DNA of 64,000 bases from Dimorphilus gyrociliatus (Eukaryota; Animalia; Annelida): assembly GCA_904063045.1 (NCBI GenBank), contig CAJFCJ010000010.1, positions 1,054,001 through 1,118,000 of the forward strand, given 5' to 3'. The position numbers were made by a program, and so were the translations under genes. Position 1 is the first letter of the stretch. The number at the start of each line of letters is the position of its first letter. A model generated the notes under the pieces. It searched no databases, was not told the DNA's origin, and saw nothing but the letters and a program-made list of their open reading frames with translations. Of this stretch, positions 1 through 13,000 are shown one piece after another.

Positions 1-331
1 TTATTTTAAGATAGAAATTCAAAACTAGGTTATTGTTTATTAATTAATGTTTCTTTAACATCAAAGTCATTGTTTTACATGCAAAAAATTTATTTGAATC
101 ATAAATGCTGCTTATCGATCGTCCTTGAACATTAGGCTTTTATGGACCTACACTCTTTCAAGCTATATTTTAAAAAAAAAATTGTAAGCACACAGTTTTC
201 TATAAGAGCTTGGCAACGTTCAAAACCGGTTCGGTTTCGAATTATTGAAGCGTGTCGCATGATCTGGCTGTAGACATTTTCATAATAAAGAGTATTTTAC
301 AAAGGATTTTATTTAATTTCTCCATGTTGAA

Positions 332-3300
332 ATGTTTACTGGAATAGATATTTCTACAGATAATTTGAAGACTCACTGTGTTGAGAATTATAACGGAAAG
401 AAGGGACTAAATAATGGTGAACGGAGTACTTACTTGCAAAAATTATTTCCTAAAAGATTTGGGTCAATTAATAGAGCATTAGACCAAATTTTGAATGGTA
501 AGGTGAAAATAAAAAGATTGAAAAATGATGAAATTGAAAAATGGTTGAAAAAGCCAACAAATAAATCTTCAAAGACAACACAAGATGTTCTATGCTCAGT
601 TACAACAGCTGATGTAAAAGAAGAATTGGCTGGAAAAGATCCTGAAAAGGATAATACTTTTTCTATGGCACATGAGCAAGAAAAGATACTTGAAAGTTCT
701 GACAAAGAGATAATGGATAAAACATTTTCCTATTTTGCTCCCCTGGTAAATGGTAAAACAATGGCTTATCCTAAATGTGGAACAGCTTCTTCAAATGGAG
801 GAGCTGAAAAGGTTTTGGAATTTCACAATTCAACAATATATTACCAATGCTTAATGTGCTGTGAGAACAAAGATTGTTTGGTTGAGCTAATTGAGCATAA
901 TGTCAGAAAACATCTTTCTGAGAGCATAATGAAATGCGGTTATTGTTTTAAGTTGTTAAATAAAACTTCTTTTGAAATATACCTTCATCAGCGAATGGAA
1001 CATTTTTCTTTACCTGTTAAAATTGAAGAATTTTCACTAAAGAAGGATGCTTGCAAAAGGGTTATTTTCTATCACATGTGTTTGATTTGTAATCATTCAA
1101 CATTGAATGTAAATCATGCATTCTATCATGCTAGTCAACATGTAAACAATGTGATATCGAATTGTCAGTTATGCTCATCAATAGAATACCAGCCAACTAT
1201 GAATGAAGTATGGAACAAAGCCAAACTTCGAGGATACTTTAAATTAAAGCCTCAAACTCAAAACATGTCTGGAGAGAAACAAGGAGATTTTACATTTGAA
1301 GAATTGTTTGAAAAGAAGACTTTTCCATCTAATTTTCCGTTGAAACTGAACAATGAGATCTCTGAATTCACTTCAAAAGAAGGACAATCTAGTACAATTG
1401 CTCAAAATGGAGGAGAGGATGCAATTAATAAACCTAAAAGGTGAGTAATATATTCAATTTGTGATTGTATGAAACTATGATAAACAAAATAAAAAGGTAG
1501 TAGCAAGTTCATAGCTAGTTCTATTAAATTAAACATTTTCTAATCTAAATTCTACCATTATGCTGTGGAAAATTATAATTGCAATTCTTCGACTTTTAAT
1601 CAGGAAATCAATGTTTTTAAGAATGTAAACAGACGTCACTCAGCCAATAGACCAAAAATAGTACTTTTCATTTTAAATTAAAATCTATGAACAGCTGCAA
1701 ATTTCAGTTGTCTAATGTATGGTAAAGTATTAATATGATATCATTATACATAACTATAACCCCTTAACAACCGGAAAATTTACTTGTTAAGGGTATTGAT
1801 TATAAGCATTTATATGTAAACAGCAAGAGTAGAAAAATACTGGGACTGTAGTCTCTTATTGATTTCCTATTAATATTTTACTTGAATATTGTAAAATAAG
1901 AAAATTTCACAATTTTTTCATTTAAGATATTTCTATAACACTATAAATATAATATAAAACTGAAATATATTACTTTTTCAGTAGTAAAATCTGTCCAAAA
2001 AGTAGTCCAAGCAATGAAAACGGTGCAAGTGAAGTAATTGATCTAAGGTATATTTATTTCCGTTTTGTTCTTGTAGTTTGATTGATTTTTTTAGAGGTTG
2101 AAATAAAATCATTTATACATATATAAAATAGTTAATCAAATAATAAAAATAAGTCAGTTGTTCACTTAAAAAAAATGACCCAAAATATGTTTTAAGATAA
2201 GATAAATGATTTTTATTCATTTGTCTTTTTTTTTATGAATAATATGAAAATTTTTCATATTCCTCTCTTCTTTTTTTTTTACCTACTTTTACCTTTTAAA
2301 TATTGTAATATCTGATTAAAACACCAATGCTTTTATATAAAAACATTATTTTTATTCATTTGGCCGTAAAATCTCATTCAATTGTATAGTACAAGTTATT
2401 GTGTTGTAAATATATTGAAATTTACAAAAGGCATTGTTATTCATTCAATTTTCTTTTTTAACTTTTTCAAGTATCAAGAAGATAAATAATGGAAACGGTG
2501 TAAATTCAGATACAAATCTGTATCAAAATCAAAATGAATTAAAAGTTCATGAAAATAAAATAAATAATCAAAATGAGTAAGATACACTTATTTATTTTTA
2601 TCTATAAAAACATAGATAACTTCATACCGATTCAATATTCTTTCAGATTAGATAATATGGAACAATTGAATAATGTTAGAGAAAAACCGATATATTATAG
2701 TTGCAAAATATGCGGTGCAAATTCTTCAAAAAAGACTAGAATTGAGGATCATATCAAAAAACATACCAACGATTATGCTTATCAGTGCTCACAGTGCTCT
2801 TATAAAGGTTTATCATTGAAAAATATCAAACATCATCGCAACCAGTGTCACAATGATCATAGTAATTTTATTTTAAAAGATAAGAAAGAGTTGAAGAGGT
2901 TGTGCTTGAAGAAATGTAAATTTCAATACCAGTTTCCGACGTCGCTTATTAAGATTCAAGAGACAATACCGCTAAACTTTCCTGTCAATCACATTGAAAA
3001 GACCAAGCTTTCTTCATTAACTTGGACAAGAATGGCCTTTGGCAAGGACACCCCACCCTCTCTTTCGCACAACGAAAGTGGACGAACTTTTCCAAATTCT
3101 CCACCTCTGTATTTACCTCCCCAGCCTCAGCCTCAGCCTCAGCCTCAGCCCTCAGTACCGCTACAAATACCAATACAACAAACTCAACCTCATATTTCTC
3201 ATGCTCCTCCATCAATTATTTTTTCTGAGCCTTATCAGTTTCAAAGACCACCAGTTGAAATGGTTGCAAACAATTTTAAACCAAAGACTTATGATAAATT

Positions 3301-3835
3301 TACTACCCAGCTAAAAGCATCTTATAGTGGCAATGATAGATTGAGAAATCCAGTAATGACAACACAACAACATAAATATTCAAGCAGTGAATCTCATTCT
3401 ATAAACGCAACACCTTTTCCATATCCTCAGTCAGCAAAGTCAATGTTTGAAAGAAACGCCTTCTATCCAACAAAAGGATCAAATATGAAAGACAGGCAAT
3501 TTGAACTGAACAACAATGCAAACCGGAATGTAATGTCGAATTTGGAAAAACTTGAGAGGGTCATCACCTGTAGACTAGCGGAAAATAAAACAAATTCTTC
3601 ACATAGTGTTGCATTCCATTGCAGATATTGTCCCCATACAACAAAAGATCCATCTCATCTGTTTAATCATATTAATAATCAGCATAAACTTCGATTAAGT
3701 GAATTAGATAAGTTTCACTTAATAAGACTCTCCTCTCAAAAGATGAGAATTTTCCCCTTTATTCTAAGCAACATGAACAACAGCGAATTTGGGATAGCGG
3801 TAAGGGCTCTACAGAGACACTGGGTGGCCAAATAA
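332..3835 (+). CDS. Multi-C2H2 zinc-finger protein, 4 coding exons (332-1440, 1982-2047, 2472-2576, 2647-3835), about 822 aa
   Basis: Joins the ORFs 332..1444 and 2573..3835 through canonical phase-2 introns (AG|GTGAGT at 1441; ttttcag/ttcaag/tttcag acceptors); spliced length 2469 nt = 823 codons. Fingers: YSCKICGANSSKKTRIEDHIKKH, YQCSQCSYKGLSLKNIKHHRNQCH, FHCRYCPHTTKDPSHLFNHINNQH, plus degenerate N-terminal CxxC..H..H units. P/Q-rich central region. Confidence 0.85.
3119..3155 (+). repeat. Coding hexanucleotide repeat (CCTCAG)n encoding a PQPQPQPQPQP tract
   Basis: ccccag cctcag x4 ccctcag seen directly inside the last zinc-finger exon. Confidence 0.9.
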
Positions 3836-4045
3836 ATGAACAAGTAGACAATATTTAAGATAGATATACTTGTATAAGCATATGTTCTCTATGTCTTCTT
3901 GTATGTTATTATGCAATATTTTAAAGTAAACTTATGTATTTATATTCTAGTTTTAAACAATATATTTATACGTTTCTTTATTTTCAGTAAAATGAAATTA
4001 AAGCGAAACAAAGCTTGTATAAACACATCTAGTCTTTTAGGTAAA

Positions 4046-7000
4046 TCATACACTGCTTTCATTTTTTTGATTGTCATCTATCAGTCGAATGTTTTTTGGT
4101 AATAAACTAATATTATTCTCATCATTCATAGGATCATTGTAATAATCTTCTTTAAAAGGTGGCGGAGGAGGGGGTGGTGACGTAGGTGCCGACATATTTT
4201 GAAAATATTCTGGATTTTCAACAGTCATCTTCCTCTTAGCCTGAGGAGTAGCTATAAATAAAAAAATTGTTAGTCAATATTAATCGCTCGTTTAAAACGC
4301 GATAAATTGAATCTTTGTTAGGAATCTTTACATTTTTGTTTTATTTTTATAGCTAATAACTGTTTTCTCTGCATAGAATCTGTTAAAACTGTATTGAGTG
4401 TCTTTTGGTTAGAATATATATTATCTATACTCTAACTATAACAGTTTTAAAAATTGCACAAAGCAAGCAAAAAAATTGCAAATAAAAAGGATAAGAGGAA
4501 GAACCTCATAAAAAAAACTACTCTATATTTAATCAATAAATTGTCTTCTTTAATAATAGTAGTAATAATATAGAAATACAAGTTTAACAAGAATCAAAAT
4601 GGACTCTTTTCTCTGGTTCAATTAAGTATTTTTTTATAAATATTCTTCTTTCTTTTTTGATAAGGTTTTAATAAATATTTAAAAAAATATTAATATTTCT
4701 ATAAAATATTAATTTCCTCTCTCTCTCTTGCTATTCTATTGTTTTTTTTCTTCTTTCTAGCTTTTGTTTTGTTGTATTTCTTTGGTTTTTTTTTGGCGGA
4801 AGCAACGGAAAAAAAAAGTAAATAAAAAGAAATAAACAATAAATAATAATTATAAATAAATCTCAATAACGCAAAATAAAAAATAAATTAAATTGATAAA
4901 GAGGTCAATTTGAAATCAACTATTGGTGTTAAAGCTAGTGACACATTCTAATCTCTTGAGTTTTGTTCAAAAAAAAAACCTTTTTTAGCGTTGGTTTCCT
5001 TACTAGTATGTGGTAATTGAGCGTTAATTTCATTTAAATAATTTGGATCAAGTAAATTTTCATCTAACGGTGGAGGAGGTTTCGGTGCTGACATAGTTGT
5101 ATAAGAATTTTTACCAAGAACATCGATATAATCTCCAGCCTCCTGCCTTGGTTGTAGATAATCTTCAACACCTGTTGCAACGGGTGGTGGAGGAGGCTGT
5201 AGACTGGGTAATGGTTCCTCTTCAATTATTCGACTGGGCTCAGAACTATGGAAAAAAGTATAAACATTTATACATGTACATTATCATAAATGAATATGTA
5301 TTAATATGGATAGAAAATATGTTATATCATAAATTACTACATTTATATATTTATGTATAAAATAATTTAAAATTGAAAAATATAAAAAGGTCAGAGATAT
5401 TCACTTAAATAAATAAATATATTATAATATTATATATAAATAAAACAGTAGAAATTAGCATATTTATCAAATTAATTTATGCATAAAATATTTTTTAAAA
5501 GATTAACCATATTAGTTATTAACTGCTTTATTGTTTTGTATGCCTTTTTTTTTGTTATCAATTTTTTTTCTTTCACTTTTAAACAATAATGAAAAAAAAA
5601 AGAACAATTAGAGAAAAAAATGGTTAAGAGGGTTGATTGAATATTTATTTAGAAGGACTAATGAAGCAAAAGGTTTTTGTATTATCTTTTTTGTTTTCAA
5701 TTATTTTTTATATTACTAGTTTTACTACATTAAAAAAATATAAAAAGCTGTGTTATTTTGTTATATCTACTTACGTTAAATCAGTTACGTCACTGTTTAT
5801 AATAGATAAATATTTTTTAATTAGTTAAACTAATAGTGAATTAATTTAAATTTTGCAATTAAAAATTATAAAATGAAAAAAAATAAAGTCTCTTGAAAGA
5901 AAGAGAAAGAAAAATAAACATATGATATAAAGAAAATAAGGGAGGGGAAATATACAATTATCTATGTATGATTGACTGTGTTTAGAGAGAGAGAGAAAAA
6001 GAGAAAGAAGAAAAAAATAAAATATCTTGTATAGAGTATAATATAATAGAACATTTTAGAATTATAAATATTCTATTTCTTGGAAATTGGCTGTACAGTC
6101 AATAAATATTTTGCTCTTGCATGCGTCTGAAAACTCTAACAATGAAAAGGGGAGCGAGGGGGAGCTAAAAAGGTGAAACATCTAAGAGTAAACATATAAG
6201 AACTGAACTGCTTAGCAACCTAGGGCGGGGAATTATTTTGATTTTTTGAACAAATGAATAAAAGAGATCTTTAATCAAAAGTATTGTGTACAGCGAAAGG
6301 AATGTAATGTGTCTAACTTGACCATATACAGTATTTTGAAAATATTAAATCTACTTCAACTAACAATAATAACATGCTTTATATTCTATCAATAACGCAA
6401 AAGAACCGCTTGAAATATACAATATTCACTTAAATGTCAAAATTTACTACTCTTGAATATTTCATTTTTCTTGCATATTGAAAAATTGATTAATTATAAA
6501 GTTATGATTTTAAGCGGTAGATGGCGTATTAATAGATAAATATAAATCTATACAGTTGAAGTATTTTATCTGATGGCCTAGTTTTACAAATCTGCCATCA
6601 ATTTTACTATGTTTCTACAATTACCAAAAAGATCCTTTATTTGAATTGCAACAGGCAAAACCATTTATACCGTTCATCCTGTCTTTCATTGTGTGTTTTA
6701 ATCTTTTTTTTTGGTATTTTGAAAAGCCAAGTTTATATATTGAATTTATCATTTTTACTTAACATATTATTCATTTCTACTTATAAAAATTTAATAAATA
6801 ACTTACCTATATCTCATACTAGAACGGCTTTGTCTAGCTGAGAGTTTCTTGTCTTCAAGTGAATTGCCTAATGGTTTTGAACAAGAGTCGTTCATTGAAT
6901 TTCTGGCATGATTGTCACCCATAAACTGCAAGATAAAGATTATATTTTAAATAAGCTGTTTAGTAAGATATTAGGTTGATAACAAAGTTGATGTAAAAAT

Positions 7001-10000
7001 CAATTAATATCTTTACTGTAGAATCAATAGTCATTCTCGATGTTTCCGTTACGTCTCGTGGTTGAAGATAGTCATCAGCATCAATTAGTTTTGTGGCTGT
7101 CGTTGAATTAACACTCATCCCCCTCATTAGTTCAACTGTACTATGTTCCTCTAATGGTAATTTCATAAGACTGTCTCCCTAAACATTTTAAGTAGATCGT
7201 TAGTTGTTTGAAAAGTAAATAATACAGAATAAATATTGCTTAATATTTTCATTAGAAACAAATATACGTAATTTAGTATACCTTTATCACAAGATATCTT
7301 CCTGGATCGACGCACATCTTGTTGAATATTTCACGAAGTTCTTTAAAACTAGGTCTACTATCTGCATCCAGCAACCAACATTTTATCATCCACATGTAAA
7401 CGTCGATAGTACAAATTTCAGGCTGTGGTAGTCTGTCTCCTCTTTCCAAGGCAAACGGTACACTCCTTGCTGGCATACCTTCGTAAGGTCGTTGACCATA
7501 AGTACATATTTCCCATATGGTGACACCTTAATTTCAAAGATTAAAAGAAAATTATTCTATGAAGTAATTTCCAAACGAAAAGAAAAAATCCTTTTTTCTA
7601 TTACCGTAACTCCATACGTCACTCTTGTGCGTAAATATTCTATGTTGGATACATTCTAAAGCTAACCATTTAATTGGCATCTAATTTGGGAAAAAAGAGA
7701 TATTTTTTTCTATAAACCAAGTGTCATTAATAAATGTTACAATTCTGTTACCTTTCCACCACCAGCTTTGTACTCTTCTTCATTTATATTTAGTAATTTT
7801 GCTAAACCAAAATCAGTAATCTTCACTAAGTTTGGTGAATGAACTGAAAGAGGAAAATGAAATAATAATTTTAAAATTGAAGGAAATATATCATAATTAT
7901 CTTTAGTTACCTAATACATTTCTTGCAGCCAGGTCTCTATGAACAATACCTCTTCCCTCAAGATATTGCATTCCCTAGATAATTTTAAATAGTTAATAAC
8001 ATTAAGTAAATTGTAGTTTAAACTGTTTGATTTATATTTATGTTTACCGTAGCTATTTGATGACACCAATTAAGTATTGCCTTTGATCCAATATTTTCTT
8101 TACTTCTTCTAATATAATCCAGTAAACTTCCATATGGCATAAGTTTTGTAATCATCATCATCTGCGATGCTATACAAATTCCTAAAATTTTTACACAGCA
8201 TTGATTATCAACAGAAGCCATAATTCTAGCCTCTTCCAAAAGTTCCTTGAAAAAAAAAACAAATTTTTTCTTTATTGATCTCTCAACAGAAGAACTAATT
8301 AATTTAAAATTTACAGTGCTCTGTTCAGGCGAGCTGTCCGTCAATACTTTAATTGCAACCAGAATTTTCAGATTCTCACCAGCCGGTGTCCATAAACCTT
8401 TAAATACTGTTCCAAACGCTCCACTACCAATTACTACACCTTTCTTTAATTCGCTATCTTTAATTAATCGAACGTGAGCCATGTCTGGATTAGCTCCTGT
8501 AGGATCTAGCGGTATAGTTTCCCCTTCCAATTTCTTTTCAAATTCCAGTCTAAAAATAATAAGTTATTATTGATTAAGCAAAAGAAAATAGGTTGTACAA
8601 AGATACCCTTAATAAATATTTTACAATATCCTCATATAAAAAGAAAAGCCTTTGTAAGCTAGAGAAGCATTTTTACCTCATTACTTAACATATATTGTAT
8701 ATAAATATACATATGTACAATAATAAAATTCGCTAAGAGATATAATAATTATTCGTGTTTTTACCTTCTAGCCTCAGTCTGAACTTTTTTCCTCCAAATG
8801 AAAATACCAATAGCAACAATAATTAATAATAAAAATGCAACAGTGACTCCTGCTGCTATTCCAATGGTTTTTTTCCTCCTTTTATCACTATTTATAAATA
8901 TATTTTATAATTAAAAACAAGGTGTTTTTGATCAATTTGAAAGAATTTCTTACTTTTGAATTTCTTCAATTTCAGTATCAGGCAGACATAACCATTTTGA
9001 TTTAATCGGCCCTCCAGTCTCATCTTTAACGTGACTCCATCCTTTCGGACAATCAGTAACGCATTCAAACTAGAAAAAAAAAGAAATATACCAATATTGA
9101 TAAAGCCGTCTTTTTAAATATAGAAAAAAAGGAAGAAACTATTTTAAGAAAATCTTTCATTTGCATAATAAATAGTCAAATTTCTACAAAGGTCAAATAA
9201 GAAGTCTGGCTTATTTGATTATCACCCTCTAAAAGCAAATGTTGAATAGAAAATGATTATGTTGACTAGAGAAATTTTATATTTATGCATAAAACTTTTC
9301 ATTACTTTTTCGTTATTATCATCGACTCTCTTTTTATAATTTTTACATTCTTTGCAATCAGCAGACGTTGATCCTTTACAACCGATACATGTAGTGTCGC
9401 ATTTAGAACACAATCTATCCTGTAGAAAGTAATCGTCATCACATTCCCAAACGCATTGTGACCCTTGTCTGAAATGCTTGCAATCAAGGCAGAAACCTGG
9501 TCCCTTTGCGCTGCAAGTGAGGCACGTAGGATGACAATGAAAGCAACTCTAGAAAAAAAGTCATTATATTAATTAAATTAGAAAAAGTATGTAATCAGAG
9601 CAATATGAAATGGAATATAAATTTGGTACATGTTTGCCCAGCATTGGATGATCGTGTTGTATTTTTATAGACACTGAAACTTTATCTTTAAAATATCCAA
9701 CTGGACATTTATAATTTTCCGGTACACATTTATCAACAGCAAATTTCTTGGTTAAAATTGCCATTTTACAGCTATTACATGCACCCATTCCAATATCTTT
9801 TCCCGGTCCAGTACAGCCATCTAAGATAAAAAAAAATCAATAGCAATTTATAAAATAGGATTGTCAATGACTACATAAAATGTATATGCGATATATATAG
9901 AGGGAGGCTCTACTTCCGGATTTATCTCAACTGCCAAGAAAAACGCTGCCAAGTGTACGGTAAACAAATGGAAATTTATATAGAGATATCAGAATTGTTT

Positions 10001-13000
10001 ACGACTGTCATTTTATACAAACTGTAAGAAATCACAGTAAACACTTCCGTATCCTACAGTTTGTTTTTATAATAATATAAAAAAAAGAAGGAGGATTTTC
10101 TTTTTGGATGGAATCTTTTTTTTCATTGTTTTCTGCTTTTATTATAAACTGCCTCGCGGAGAACGATAAAAAGTGAAGGTAATATTTTACGTTCTTTCGA
10201 ATTAAAAGACATAAATTCTTGCTAAACGCCTACACTTAGTAATAGAAAAGTTTTTTAATACTATATATACTAATAATATATATCTTCTAGTGAATAAATA
10301 ATTAAATAAGAAGTTTAGTGAGACAATCAGTAATTTTTAATAAATCTATATGTAAGTATAATATGTGGGTGTATATTCCTCAAACAATAACTGTCAACTA
10401 GAAATGTTTATCATTCAATCTATAGTCAAGGGATTATCACCCTTGTGACCTCTATCCCATAATTCTTTATCAACTTAAATCAAGTGCAAAATAATCGGTA
10501 GTATAATAAGCTTATAGGCTTTCTTTATCCTCTTTAGAAAATATAAGTTAAGAAAATAACATTTGAGATATGAGAGAAAAAAGAAGAGAACATTCTGTAC
10601 CATAATTTTTCAGTACAAGCTTTCTCATCTTATTAAAACAACCATGTACATGAATAATTCTATTTAAATAATTTGTATTTTAGCTATACTTAGAACATTC
10701 CTTATGTATTAAACAGTATTTTTTATAATTTATCACTAGATAAGACTACTGATAGCGCGTCAAATACTATAGATAAAGTGGCTGACTACTTTTAGATATG
10801 AATCATCTCCATTCTGTCAAACTATCCCTTATAAATTAACTAGCCCAATGAAAGAGTCGGTTTACCTGTACAATACTCGTAACAAGGCTGACATTCACTG
10901 TTGTTATCGGGATACATATTTGTCGGACACTTTTTAACGCATTTTGACAATCCAAAAACTTTTAGGGTTAGTATACAAGAATCACACTCTGTATCTTCTG
11001 GTCCTGAGCACCCATCTTTGCAGCCTTCGTGGCACTGTCTACACTCTTGAGCAGTATTATTTGTATACGTTGGAATTTTAGTGACGGCTATGGAACACGA
11101 TGAGATACATCTGAAACATTAACGTTGAATATTATACTCTTTATTTAAAAACTAATAGCAAAAGATTATTTCTATTACTTGTCCTTGAATTTGTAATTTC
11201 TACAACTTCCTACACAATTCTCCGGTCCAGGACCAATACAACCGTAAGTAGGATGACATTCGAAATCACATACGGCATTTTTAGATTCTAAACAAAGTAA
11301 AATATTTTAGCAGGCATAAATAATTGTTTTATAAGACATCCTCTTCTAATTTACTAACCGCAATAGGATTTTTTTGCATTGTTTTGGATATTAGTTTTGT
11401 ATCTATCGAGTCTAACAGTATCAAAGTATTTTAGAGATTGTTCAATGTAGCATAAATTAGGATTATTTGCTATAGTGATATTACAATCAACAGTTTGAAT
11501 ATTTTTCAAACCAAGATAGTTTAATTTCTTATTATTTGTAAAAGAAAATCGATGAAAAGCTTTTTTCAATTTCGGTAAATCTATTGTTTTCAAATTCTTA
11601 TTTCTAATAACATCAATTCCACGCCTGAAAGAAAAGGAATTGTAAATGAAGAAATAAAAGAAATATATAGATTTTTTAATTTTACTTATCATCAATTTAA
11701 AATTAATTTAAAAAGTCATTAACATAAGCTCGTTTGTCAAAAGACCTATTTAAAGAAGTACTTAATTTAATCATACCTAATAACTTCGAGATTTTTAAAA
11801 TGATCGAAATTTTTCAATGGTGTTTCAAAAACCATTATATATCCTTCTAGTTCTTTAATAGTTTCAAATATTTTAAAGTCTTCCTCTTTGAAAGGTATTA
11901 ATCCAGCACTGAAATATTTCATAAGATAGATATAGAGAAATCTTTATTTAATTTATATTACCTAGGTTTAAAACTCGATTCCAGAAAGTGTAGATCACCG
12001 CTGAGAATTGTACAGTCTTTGAAATCTTTGAAATCATCGAGTGTATTAAAACTCCGGTTGTGGGGTTTCTTGATATGACACTCTAAAATAAAACAAAAGA
12101 AAATGTCAAATCAATAATCTAATACATTACTGGAATAATGAAAAAATAAGCTCACTTTTAGGGCAAGGTCCATCGCATATTTCGCAAAAGTTAGTTCCAT
12201 CTTTCTGATGTGTACGCTTAGGGCAAGTTCGGGCGCAAGAATTGTCAAATTGTGAATGAAAGAGATAATCTATTAAAAATTTTACAGATTATTTTATAAT
12301 TTATGGATAATTGTTCATAAAATTACTAAATAGTATACTAACTTGGACATTTATCTAAGCAGTAATACCCCGCAAAATACTTTCCATCTGGATTTTTCTC
12401 ACGTTCATTGGTATATTGATTAATTTTCCATAGACTGGGACAAGTAGAAACGCAAGATTCACCGTTTCGAAAATTTTTACATGCCTGATAGATCATATTC
12501 TTTCTTTATAGTTTAATCATTTATAGTTTTATAGTAGAAACTTACATAGCAATCCGTATTTTTAGAAGTATGGCAGCCAGCAGCACAAGATGCATGACAG
12601 CATTCCTTGTTCGAATTACATCGAAGTGTTGCGCAACTTCGCGGACAGATGGTTTTTGTTACTAAAACGGAAAAGAATTAAAGAGACCTTCCGAGAAAGG
12701 AACATTTATTAATATATACTAACACTCTTGACAATGAGTTTTTTCAGGACCCCAGCAATGATTACTAGGACATTCACGATGACATTCTGCGATAGTGTTT
12801 AACTTCAATTAGCTCTATTATAAATTATTAACAAATATATTATATCTTACCGCGTTTAACGCAAGAATTAAAACCATTTTTAACATATTTCTGACTTGCT
12901 TCATTGAATATATCATTCCAACTGATTTTTTCTATAAAGCAAACTTCATACAAATAATTGTTGACGTACTGAATGTTGCCAGATTGTATTTCTATGCAAT

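Noticed and set aside
430-3314. Short antisense or alternate-frame ORFs (430-705, 2985-3215, 3022-3228, 3039-3314), including AEAEAE, SASASA and SLSLSL tracts
   Set aside because: Shadows of the zinc-finger CDS and its CCTCAG repeat.
8954-11287. Extra cysteine-rich repeats in the EGFR ectodomain compared with vertebrate EGFR
   Set aside because: An extended Cys-rich domain IV/V is an established feature of invertebrate EGFRs.
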